Source of the DNA: Squalus acanthias
Lineage: Eukaryota
Assembly: GCA_030390025.1 (NCBI GenBank)
Contig: CM059427.1
Coordinates: forward strand, 197,098,001 to 197,162,000
Length of the DNA: 64,000 bases
Direction of reading: 5' to 3'
The stretch's first letter is position 1. Each line of letters begins with the position of its first letter. A program made the position numbers and the translations under genes. The notes beneath the pieces are model-generated. The model was not told the origin of the DNA. It made no database searches and saw nothing but the letters and a program-made list of their open reading frames with translations. Positions 1 through 11,635 of the stretch are shown piece by piece.

Positions 1-1278
1 CTTGACTAATCTACTGGAATTTTTTGAGGATGTAACTGGGAAAATAGATAAGGGAGAACCAGTAGATGTGGTGTATTTGGACATTCAAAAGGCTTTCGAT
101 AAGGTCCCGCATAAGAGATTAGCGGGTAAAGTTAAGGCACATGGGATTGGGGGCAAGTTATTGACTTGGATTGAGAACTGGTTGGCGGACAGAAAGCAGA
201 GAGTAGGAATTAATGGGTCTTTTTCCAAGTGGCAAGCAGTGACTAGTGGGGTACCGCAGGGATCGGTCCTTGGACCCCAGCTATTCACAATATACATTAA
301 TGATCTAGATAAGGGAATTAAATGTAATATCTCCAAGTTTGCAGATGACACAAAGCTGGGTGGGAGTGTGTGCAGCGAGGAGGATAGCGAGAAACTCCAG
401 GATGATCTGGACAGGTTGGGTGAGTGGGCAGAAGCGTGGCAGATGCAATATAACGTGGATAAGTGCGAGGTTATCCACTTTGGTGTCAAAAACAGAAAGG
501 CAGACTATTATCTGAATGGCAATAGATTGGGAGAAGGGGAAGTGCAACGAGACCTGGGTGTCCTTGTGCACCAGTCGCTGAAAGTAAGCATGCAGGTGCA
601 GCAGGTGGTGAAGAAGGCAAATGGTATGTTGGCCTTCATAGCGAAAGGGTTTGAGTATAGGAACAGGGATATCCTGCTGCAGTTGTACAGGGCCTTGGTG
701 AGACCACACCTTGAGTACTGTGTGCAGTTTTGGTCGCCTTATCTGAGGAAGGATGTTCTTGCCATGGAAGGAGTTCAGCGAAGATTCACAAGGCTGATAC
801 CTGGGATGGCAGGAATGACATATGAGGAGAGATTGGGTCGATTGGGCTTATACTCACTGGAGTATAGAAGATTGAGAGGGGATCTCATCGAAACATATAA
901 AATTCTGACAGGTCTGGACAAACTAGATGCAGGAAGAATGTTCCCGATGGTCGGAGAGTACAGAACCAGGGGTCATAATCTACGGATAACGGGTAAACTA
1001 TTTAGGACAGAAATGAGGAAGAATTTCTTCACCCAGAGAGTGGTGAACCTGTGGAATTCTCTACCACAGAAGGTAGTTGAGGCGAGGTCATTAAATATAT
1101 TCAAGGATGAGTTAGATATATTTCTTAAAGCTAAAGGTATCAAGGGATATGGGGAGAAGGCAGGTACAGGGTACTGAGTTTAGATGATCAGCCATGATCT
1201 CATCGAATGGCGGAGCAGGCTCGAGGGGCCGAATGGCCTACTCCTGCTCCTATCTTCTATGTTTCTATGTTTCTATGT
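1..1278 (+). mobile_element. CR1-clade LINE (HER1-like), 3' part with open ORF2 reverse transcriptase (2..1177)
   Basis: 391 codons without a stop. RT motifs KAFDKVPH, GVPQGSVLGP and KFADD, plus the CR1 C-terminus RLRGDLIETYKI...FFTQRVVNLWNSLP. The 3' UTR has the GGGCCGAATGGCCT hairpin and a (TTTCTATG)n tail. Confidence 0.95.
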
Positions 1279-3622
1279 AGGACATAGCTGCCAGATTGGG
1301 CCTGCGACAGGTGGTGAGAGAACCAACACAAGGGAAATTCTACTTGACCTCGTCCTCACCAATCTACTTGTCACAGATGCATCTGTCCATGACAGCATTG
1401 GCAGCAATGACCACCACACAGTCATTGTGGAGACAAAGTCTTGTCTTCACAGTGACGACACCCTCCATCGTGTTGTGTGGCACTACTACCGTGCTTAATG
1501 GGATAGATTCAGAACAGATCTAGCATCTCAACACTGGGCTCTGGGCCATCAGCAGCTGCAAAATTGTATTCCACCGCTATCTGTAACCTCATTGCCCGGC
1601 ATATCCCTCACCCTACCATTACCATCAAGCCAGGGGACCAACCCTGGTTCAATAAGGAGTGTAGAAGATCATGCCTGGAGAAGCACCAGGCATACCTAAA
1701 AATGAGGTGCCAATCTGGGGAAGCTGCAACACAGGACTACATGCATGCAAAACAGCGGAAGCTATAGAGAGGGCTAAGTGATCCCACAATCAACGGATCA
1801 GATCAAAGCTCTGCAGTCCTGCCAGATACCGTCGTGAATGGTGGTGGACCATTAAACAACTAATGGGAGGAGAAGGCTGCATGAATTTCCCATCCTTAAT
1901 GATGGTGGAGCACAGCACGTGAGTGCAAAAGACAAGGCTGAAGCGTTTGCAACCATCTTCAGCCAGAAGTGCCGAGTGGATGATTCATATTGGCCCCCTC
2001 CTGAGGTTCCCACCATCACAGACGCCAGTATTCAGCCAATTCGATTCACTCCACGTGATATCAAGAAACGGCTGAGCGCACTGGATACCGCAAAGTTTAT
2101 CGGCCCTGACAAAATCCCGGCTGTCGAGCTGAACACTTTTCCTCCAGAACTAGCCGCGCCTCTAGCCAAGCTGTTCCAGTACAGCTATAACACTGGCATC
2201 TATCCAACAATGTGGAAAACTGGCCAGGTATGTCCTGTCCACAAAAAGCAGGACAAATCCAATTCATCCAATTACTGCCCCATCAGTCTACTCTCAATCT
2301 TCAGCAAACTGATGGAAGGTGTCATCGAAAGTGCTATAAAGCGGCAGTTACTCACCAATAACCTACATACCAATGATCAGTTTGGGTTCTGCTGGGACCA
2401 CTCGGCTCCAGACCTCATTACAGCCTTGGTCCAAACATGGGCAAAAAAGGCTTAATTCCAGAGGTGAGGTGAGAGTGACTGCCCTTGACATCAAGACAGC
2501 ATTTGTCCGAGTGTGTCATCAAGCAGCCCTAATAAAACTGAAGTCAATGGGAATCAAAGGGAAAACTCTCCACATAGTTGGAGTCATATCTAGCAGAAAG
2601 GAAGATGGTTGTGGTTGTTGGAGGTCTATCACCTCAGCCCAAGGACATCGCTGCAGGAGTTCTTCATGGCAGTGTCCTAGGCCCAACCATCTTCAGCTGC
2701 TGCATCCATGACCTTTCCTCCATCATAATGTCAGAAGTAGGGATGTTTGCTGATGACTGCACAGTGTTCAGTGCAATTCGCAACTCCTCAGATAATGAAG
2801 CAGTCCATGCCCACGTGCAGCAAGACCTGGACGACATTCAGGCTTGGGCTGGTAAGTGGCAAGTAACATTCGCACCACACAAGTGTCAGGCAATTAATAT
2901 CTCCAACAAGCGAGAGTCTAACCACCACCGCATGACATTCAACGGCATTACCGTCACCAAATTCTCCACCATCAACATCCTGGGGGTCACCATTGACCAG
3001 AAACTTAACTGGACCAGCCGAATAAATAATGTGCCTACTGGAGCTGTTCAGAGGCTGGGTATTCTGCAGCGAGTGTCTCACCTCCTAAGTCCCCAAAGTA
3101 TTTCCGACATCTACAAGGCACAAGTCAGGAGTGTGATGGAATACTGTCCACTTCCCTGGATGAGGGCATCTCCAACAACACTCAAGAAGCTCAACACCAT
3201 CCAGGACAAAGCAGCCCGCTTGATTGGCACCCCATTCACTCCCTCCACCACTGGTGCACCGTGGCTGCAGTGTGTACCATCTACAAGTTCTACTGCAGTA
3301 ATTCGCCAAGGCTTCTTCGGAAGCCCTCCCAATTCCGCGACCTCTACCACCTAGAATGACATGGGCAGCAGGTGCATCACCTGCAACTTACCCTCCAAGT
3401 TGCATACCATCCTAACTCGAAAGTATATCGCCGTTCCTTCATTATTGCTCGGTCAAAATCCTGGAACTCCCTCGTAACAGCACTGTTGGGGTACCTTCAC
3501 CACATAGACTCCGGCAGTTCAAGAATGCGGCGCACCACCACCTTCTCCAGTGCAATTTGGGATGGGCAATAAATGCTGGCCTTGCTAGCGACGCCCATAT
3601 CCCTTGAATGAATTTAAAAAAA
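1279..3622 (+). mobile_element. Second LINE family ('family B', CR1/L2 group), decayed endonuclease end plus RT
   Basis: Frameshifted ORFs 1184-3354 with LDLVLTN/SNDH (APE C-terminus), NYCPISLLS, GSVLGPTIF and FADD. Ends in ...CCCTTGAATGAATTTAAAAAAA. Confidence 0.9.
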
Positions 3623-3749
3623 TCCTGGGCTGCTGAGTTGATAGGCCGCCAGCAACTACAACTAATTTCCCTTGTGACCGGTATGACTGCAACTATTGAG
3701 GATTTCCACCCCTGATCCCCATTAACTTCAGTTTTCCTCGGGTTCATTG

Positions 3750-4160
3750 GTTACCCATTTGATCGAATGCTACCTTGATATTAAGGGAATTCACTCTCAC
3801 CTGACCTCTGGAATTTAGCTCTTTTGTCCATGATTGGTCCAAGACTGCGATGATGTCTGGAGCCTAGTAGTACTGGCGATGCCGAAACTGAGCATTGGTA
3901 AGCAGGTTAATGGTAAATAAGTGCCACTTGCTAGCACTGTTGCTGAATCCTTCCAACACTTTGCTGAAAATTATGAATAGACTAATGGGGCGATCATTGG
4001 CTGGGTTTGATTTATCCTGCATTTTGTGGGCAAGACATACCTGGGCAAATTTCTACATTGTCAGGTAGATGGCAGTGTTGTTACTGTACTGGAAATGCTT
4101 AGCTAGGGGCACGGCTTGTTCTGGAGCACCGGTCTTCAGTACTGCACTTGGAATGTTGCC
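3750..4160 (-). mobile_element. Family B LINE internal fragment
   Basis: Reverse complement resembles 2120-2500 of the neighbouring copy. Confidence 0.75.
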
Positions 4161-4373
4161 AAGGCTGGTAACCCTTCCTATGCCCATTGCAGTAAAATGG
4201 TTCAGAAATAATAATACACTTCCACAAATCACTGGCTAAGCCACAGTTAACGACTTTTGTGCAGGTAAAGTGTCCCATTATAGAAATTATATTGAAGCCT
4301 GGAGAGCGTAAAATGTACCAGGATGACGCAAACATGGGAAACTGTATTTATTAGGCAGATCCTTGAAATACAT

Positions 4374-4751
4374 GGGTCAATTTTCACTTCTGTCGCCTTA
4401 CCGGGGCAGCAACTCAACATGGGTTAGGTCGCCTTACTGCCGCTTTAACACAGATGACGAGGAGCTTACCGCTGAACCCCTGAAGTACCCACCTGTCTCA
4501 GAATGTAGACTGCTTTCAATATACAATTCATGCCTCTAGGACGCTGATTGCCACTTAAGGTTGGAACTGGTTGAGCATGTATCATGCACACTCCGACCAG
4601 TTTGACGTGTAACGGAGCCGACGAGGTGCAGCCAAGGTAACTTTGGAATTATTTGGCACTCCTGCTCCTCCAGGCTCCACAAAACTAATCTAGGCTACTG
4701 CCACTCCAGAACCTCTACCATCTGCGATCGTGACCCCCAATCCCTCCACCC

Positions 4752-4782
<31 letters not shown>

Positions 4783-4971
4783 ACACGCGCACACACAGGC
4801 ATTTACTTGGCTGGCAGCTGGGAGAGCGTGATGCCTGTGAGATGCCCAGCAGCTTGCTGTCCCAATGTTAATGAGGCCTGTGCTAACAAATTGCGGCCGC
4901 CTCTTTGCTGCGGGTAAAGGCGATCGGCTGTCGTGTTGCGACAGTCGATCACCAAAAGTCAAAATCCACCA
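4374..4971. mobile_element. Non-autonomous TIR element (Harbinger-like MITE)
   Basis: Left end GGGTCAATTTTCACTTCTG resembles the reverse complement of the right end, GGTGGATTTTGACTTTTGG. Contains a C-run/(CA)n tract at 4749-4796. Confidence 0.55.
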
Positions 4972-6000
4972 CACAGGGACTACTTCCAATAACGCAGAAA
5001 TGGCTAAGGGGAAACTTAATGCAAGCTTTTAAAATGTTATAGAATTTTGATAGTTTAAATAAGGAAATAATGTTTTGGTTGAATAGTCAGTGTCGAGTGG
5101 TAATCAATTTAAAAATATCACTAAAAAGACTGAAGAAAGCAGGTAGAAGGGATAGGGTGAATTTACGCTTTTACCGCCTGGCAAAAAACCGGAGGCCGTT
5201 TCGCTACCGCTGTTTTCCGCCCGCCAGTGAAAGTGAAGATTCACACAATTGGCCCTGAAATGGTGGTCGGCGGACTACTGAGGATTACGCTACCGAAAAA
5301 AAATGCGCACTTACCTCGTGCCTGTCCCCAAGCGAAAACTTGCTGTCAGACGCTGCAGAGTTGTGCACAGCCTGATGGCCCACGGATCTCAGGGGCGTGC
5401 CTTTGTGCCGAAGCGTACCTGGGATCAGGTGGGGCGGTACTCCTTTCACTAGTCCATCAGGAAACATAGAAAGCCCTGTGGAATCCAATCTACAGCGGTG
5501 TTAAGCATAGCAACCTAACAGCCTCACTATAAATACTGGCTGGCCTTCGTTCTTAGATTTATTTTTCTTTCAATACATTTCTAACGACATGACAAAAAAG
5601 GTTAAATCTATTCTGACACCAAAAACTTGATAATTATTTTATATATATAAGTAATATGCGAACGCAAAACCCTGTCACCTCGGAATTGTGATGACCAACC
5701 CCTTTTATGGCCCTTAAATTGCAATTTTCACATCCCTCCATCCCTTATGCTGTTTGTACAAGCCGTAATTTTTTTAGTGTGCAGTGTGTGGGCAATTTGC
5801 CCAAATCTGTTCCAGCACGTTGATTCTAATGGGCAGCTGTAATTGCATATTTTAAGGGAAAAATCGGGTAACTATTTGAAACAGAGGAACATTCAACACT
5901 GCGAGGAGAGACAGTCGCTGTGAATTACTCGAACAAAGAGCTGATACAGACTCGATGGGCCGAATGGCCTCTTTCAAGCTGTAAAATCTCATGATTCTAT

Positions 6001-6627
6001 GGGCCAGAAATTCGGCTCTCCGGCTTCCCGCGGGTGCAAGCATTGCGCGCGTACTTACATACTGCGCCTGCCGTTGTGCTTCGGGCCCGCGTGGAATTTG
6101 GCTCCTGGGCCTCCTGCAGCTGCCGGCGCACAGTGCTTGCGTATCCCAGGGCTGCAGTTAGTTCAAAGCGTCCCCTGCGATCACGTGGGCCATGGAAAGC
6201 CAATCTCCATGCATAGATTTTGACAGGAAGACCTGTCAAATCTATGAGTAGACATCGGCCCCAAAACCTCATTAAAACTTCAAATAAATTTAAAAAACAT
6301 CACATTTTTAAAATATTTATAAATTACATAAATTAACTACTTTAAACACAAATTTAAATTTTTGAAAAAATTTATTACACTTTTTAACGGTGCTAAAAAT
6401 AAACTTCTCTTTCTTTAAAGTATGTAAAAAAGATAAACCTGTTGAAAATATGTTTAAATTGTACTTAATTCACCACTTACCTTGTTAAAAGCAGGCCTTG
6501 CACCTCCTTTTTCCCCGCGCAGCTTTTCCGTACTTACCCTCATGCATGCGCGAAACCGGCACTTTCGTTGGGTCTACGGGTGAGTACCCAGTGCATACTC
6601 ACCCGTGGAGACCCGAATTTCTGTCCC
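6001..6627. mobile_element. Harbinger-like MITE
   Basis: TIRs GGGCCAGAAATTCGGCTCTCC and rc GGGACAGAAATTCGGGTCTCC (19/21). TAT on both flanks (5998-6000, 6628-6630). Follows a CR1 3' tail remnant at ~5860-6000. Confidence 0.85.
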
Positions 6628-6859
6628 TATATCTAAATAAAGCTACCAATTATACATATTTGCCATATTTTGACTTGCTAACTATTTCAAGGTTATTCTA
6701 ACAAGCATAAACAACGTCTTCGCCCAATTGCTAACCCATCCTCATATGTTGCCCAAATTACATATCCATCCTCATATTAGAGCTTTATCTTAATATAGTC
6801 TTTCTTAAATTGCTTCTGAACCAGCCAGAATACGAGGCTGCAGTGATATAACCCAAAAA

Positions 6860-7430
6860 TGATAGCCTATTTATGGTTCCAATCTCTTCGCATCCTCGAC
6901 CTCTCTGCCACCTTTAACAGAGGTGATTACTCCATCGTACTCCATTGTCTCTCCCCTACAATCGTTCTCTGCTCTCTTCTGGTTCTGCACTTCATTAACC
7001 TAATGCAGACACTACATTCTTACCAATGATTTTTTGCCTTCTTCTCACACAGTCACCTCTATCTCTGCCACCTTCAGCTTCATCGTCTACATGTTCCCCC
7101 AGGAAACATGACACAGAGGCATGGGGCAAGCTTTCAGATGCACAGTGTTAACATCATGCTCTATACCCCTGGCTCCTCGATTGATCCAAATGTTGTTGCC
7201 ACATTCTCAGGTTGTCTGTTTTATATCAATATTTTTATGACCCAAAAGGTTCTCCAGCTAAATATTACAAAACCAAATCCTCTTTAGATTCTGTTCTTCC
7301 TTCTGGCCTGAAGAAAATGTTAATACCCTCCCAAGTTTCCATCTTCAGGTGAGTTATATCGTGTGAAACCTTAGGATCCTTATCAGCTTTAAGTACAGCT
7401 TACTTCCTTCAACCGCTCTATTACATATGG
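6860..7430 (+). mobile_element. Old L2-type LINE RT remnant
   Basis: ATCCTCGACCTCTCTGCCACCTTTAAC translates as ILDLSATFN, compared with the L2 motif LLDLSAAFD. Heavily degraded. Confidence 0.5.
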
Positions 7431-8380
7431 GTGGACACGTAACAGAAGAAATTCAAGGCGGAGAAGTGTGAGGTGATAATTTTTTTTCGGAAGAATGAGG
7501 AGAGACAATACACACTACATGGTACGTTTTTAAAGGGTGCAAGAACAGAGAGAACTGGGGGTGCTTGTGCACAAATCTTTGAAGGTGGCAGGACCGATAA
7601 ACAAAACAGTTAATAAAGCATATGGGATCCTAGGCTTTATAAATAGAGGCAAAGGCCAGGAAGTTATGCTAAAGCTATATAAAAATGAGAAGTCACACAA
7701 CACCAGGTTATAGTCCAACAGATTTATTTAATTTTACAAAATTAAATAAATCTGTTGGACTATAACCTGGTGTTGTGCGACTTCTCATTTTTGTCCACCC
7801 CAGTCCAACGCCGGCATCTCCACATCATGAAAGCTATATAAAACACTCGTTCGGCCTCAGGTGGAGTAATTCTGGGTGCCATACTATAGGAAGCACGTGA
7901 AGGCTTTGGAGAGGGCACAGAAGAGATTTATTGGAAGGGATGAGGGATTACAGTTACGTGGATAGATTGGAGAAGCTGGCGTTGTTCTTCTTGGAGCAGA
8001 GAAGGCTAAGAGGAGATTTGATAGAGGTTTTTAACAGAATGAACGAATTAGATAAGTAAATATCGAGAAACTGTTTCCAATGGCTGAAGGGTTGATAACC
8101 AGAGGGCACAGATTGAAGGCGATTGGCAAAAGAACCAGAGCCGACATGAGGAAAAACTTTTTAATGCAACGAGTGGTTAGGATTCGGAATGCACTGCCAG
8201 ATAGGATGGTGGATACAGATTCAATAGCAGCCTTCAAAAGTGAATTGGATAACTACTCGAAGGAAAAATGCAATTATATTGGGAACGAGCGGGGGAGTGG
8301 GACTAACTGGATTGCTGATGCAGACTCGGTGGGCCGAATGACCTCCTTCTGTGCTGTACTGTTCTATGATTGTATGATTA
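7430..8380 (+). mobile_element. CR1 3' fragment, interrupted at 7685-7829
   Basis: EKCEV, RLRGDLIEV and TRGHRLK remnants, plus a CR1 3' hairpin and tail. Confidence 0.85.
7685..7829. mobile_element. Short palindromic insertion, probably an inverted Penelope-like pseudo-LTR
   Basis: 55-bp arms at 7681-7735 and 7738-7792 with one mismatch and a 2-nt loop. 14-bp TSD AAAGCTATATAAAA at 7671-7684 and 7830-7843. The Penelope assignment comes from recalled similarity, not a search. Confidence 0.7.
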
Positions 8381-8988
8381 CCGAAACCAAATACTTCCAT
8401 TTATCTTTCTATCTCTCACTGTGTGCTGCTGAGACCCCAGTACATTAATCACTTGAAGGCTTCACTTCCCCAATGGCCTTGACATAACTTTTAGAAAAAT
8501 ATCTTTTAGAAAAATATATCTTTCATAAGATGTACCAAATGCTCACTAATGAACAGAAACGTTTTTTTAAACCCTGAAAAAGAGTAACTGGTATATTCAG
8601 GATTTTTGATATCGACCTTTCAAATTCTAAAAGGAGCTATCAGTCTACTACAAACTCAATAAATAATGAGATCTGTGTATATGTATCTGAAATATATATT
8701 TTTTTAAATTTGCATGTACTTCCTGTTTACAAAGCCGCACTTCATGTTTTCATTTTTTTATCATGCTTTTGCATCATGTTTTTCCATGATCAATTTCTAT
8801 GTCCACATTTATATGGGTGCACCGCCTGCCAATAATGTTGCTGTAGTACCTCAGGTTTTTCATCTCCCAGCTGCTCCGCATGCACTACACGTAAATGTCT
8901 ATGGTCCAAACAGTTCTACTTCTCTGCTGCTCAAATTGCTCCAGATTTTGCTATTTCACTATACATCCACATAATATATAAAACATTC

Positions 8989-9750
8989 TGCGGAGAAATT
9001 CGGCTGCTTTGCACCTCCCATCAGCGAATGGGGGGCGGTAACTGGGCTCTAAGGGGTTAGCGACTGGGCGTGGCGAATTCAGAGACGCCCACGAACCTCC
9101 AAGCCGGTTTAGCGCTGGGCTGACACTTACCGCCTCGCCCTCTTGCACCTCACAGATCATGACGTCATAAAGTGCGCAGTGCCCCGTTACCGCCATGGAT
9201 GTGAAATTGCCTCCCGCCCCCCTGCTGTATCGCCGGGTGTCAGCAACGGCAGGAAGAGGAGGCATTGACACCTCGGCTGGCCGCTTGGGGAGCGCTAATT
9301 AAAGGCAGTGGTTTTCAGGTTGGTCAAACTTTATTCTTTGCACCAGGATGATGCCTGTTGATAGTTTTTGAAGCATTATTGCTGCGAGATGTCCAAGCCC
9401 TCCACTCTCTGAGAGTGTTTGGGGCTATAATGGCAGTCACGCAGGTCACCTGGCAACACAGAACTGAGCAAAAGTATGTTATGCACCATCATTGGCCCTT
9501 CGCTTTAAGCGAGGGAAGTAGCCTCTGATGCCGGTATCTTTGCACTCCACATTGTTAAGCGCTCTGCCGCTACCGCCCCGCTCTCGCACTTTAGCGCACT
9601 AAGAGAAGTGGTTAGCGCTTGATTTAGTGTTCCACATCCCTCTTGGAGCGCTAAAGCTCAATTTCCCACGACCACAAAATGATTATTGCCTGGCGATACT
9701 TTTCCAAGATTTCAAAAGTTAGCAACGGGGAGCTACGGAATTTCTAGCCC
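8989..9750. mobile_element. Harbinger-like MITE
   Basis: Left end TGCGGAGAAATTCGG and right end CGGAATTTCTAGCCC, the same terminal motif as 6001-6627. No clean TSD. Confidence 0.6.
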
Positions 9751-11635
9751 ACTGTCAGCTTTTCCATTTTAAATTCTGATGTGCACATTTATTGGAACAG
9801 ATCGGTAGTATCCTAAAAATGGTGGGGGGGATGCCAAACTGTCCATTGCTGTGACAATGTTCCCCCGTACGCTTGGTGGCCAGAGCCGGCCCAAGTCAGG
9901 CGGTAAGCTAATTTAAAATGCAAATATAGTCCTATGACATACATAGGGCCACGGCTGTCATTTGTGGACTGAACAGTGTGTTGTACCTTCTCTGACCAGT
10001 ATCAACTGGTGGCATGGCCGAAGAGGAGCCCAAAGGAGTGCTCCTCCAGGGTCCAAAGAACCAATTTCACCTGCTGCCGCTCTGGCTCGGCCCTCCAGAG
10101 ATCGGGCATACACCTACTTTATTCCTGCTTGGAAAGGGATGACCTGGTGCACTCAATAGCTGGTAGAAGCTCGCAGTCCCAATATTAATGAGGACCACCC
10201 CTCATAATGGACCGGCCTCCCGCCAGGACTATTGGGCAGCTGTCCAAAAGGTGGTGGAGAGGGGTGGGTGTGAAATCAGCTCCTACATATGTGAAGTTTT
10301 CTTGCTGAAATTACACCCTCTTGTGGTGGTGCTGTAGCAAATCAGTTTCTTTTCTCTCAGTCTGTCATGTGGAAGGACTCCTATGCTCCAAACAACTTTA
10401 CTTCTTTGCTAAGTTTTGTTATTTAGATATGACTATGTAACTCTCAGAACACCGGTTTTTTTTAAATGGTGAATGAGTTATCCCTGTGCATTCAACTGCA
10501 ATTAACCCCGCCATCTCAACACAATTCATCTGATGTCTGGATTTGGTTCTTCAATTCCTAAGTGTAACAAAACTGGAGATAACTTAATAATAATATGAAC
10601 TCAAAGCATTATATAATACGAAAAACAGAATGTATGACTTTAAAATAGGGACTGAATTACCTTTGTGTGCACTAGTCCAAATATCTCAAACAATTTATAA
10701 CTCCACTTCACCTGAAGACCATACATGGTTCTCACGCCCTGTGTGCAATTTCTCCAGAGAAATGCAACTCGTGACATCCTTGGTGAATACATCAAATTTA
10801 ACAATTTTATCTGGGAATCAGAAATACCACAGAGAAGCAGTAAAGCATATACATTTGAAAGGGTGCTATGCAATGAAGTCAGGGGACAACTAAAGCACAT
10901 AAATTGGCAGAAGTCGTTCAGCAGCAGTTCAATGGAGGAACTCGAACATCTTTAAAGATGTAATGCTGAGCATTCAAGAAATTCAACAGGTTCAGTCTAA
11001 ACCAACATGACCAAAATGGAAAACCAAACAAATTAGAAGTGACAGGAAGTGGAAAAGTGACCGCTCCATACTCTACAGGGAAAACGGAGAAAAGGATTAA
11101 TGGGATGAATATAAGAAAACGCGGAGACAGTAAGAGGATGGACAGACACAAAGAAAAGAAAAGCAGAAGGCACTAATCAGAGCTGTAAGAAAAGTACAAC
11201 AGTGAGCGTAGTCAGAGAAAAACTAAAAAATATTTAAAAATACAAACATAATTCAAACTGAGAATCAGCGCAAGAGAATTCATTTTCAGCATGATCACTC
11301 ACTTCGCATTTGCAAGGGAAGACATGGGCAACGGTTCCTCCAATACATAGTTAATCAATGTAAAATTAATGACTTTGATATTAATGAGATGTAAGTCCTG
11401 GAAATACGAAGGGGGAGATATCTGAGGCCTTGACAACTATTATGACAGAATTATTAGACAGTGCGGAGATATCAGTAGACTGAAAACAGGCCAAAGTAGT
11501 GTCCATATTCAAAAAACGTAACATAACAAATAAATGTAACTACAGGCCTATTGGTATCACTTCAATTCCATGTAAAATAACGGAATTTATTACCAGGCGT
11601 AAACTCGATGATAATTACCTGCAGAATAATAATCT

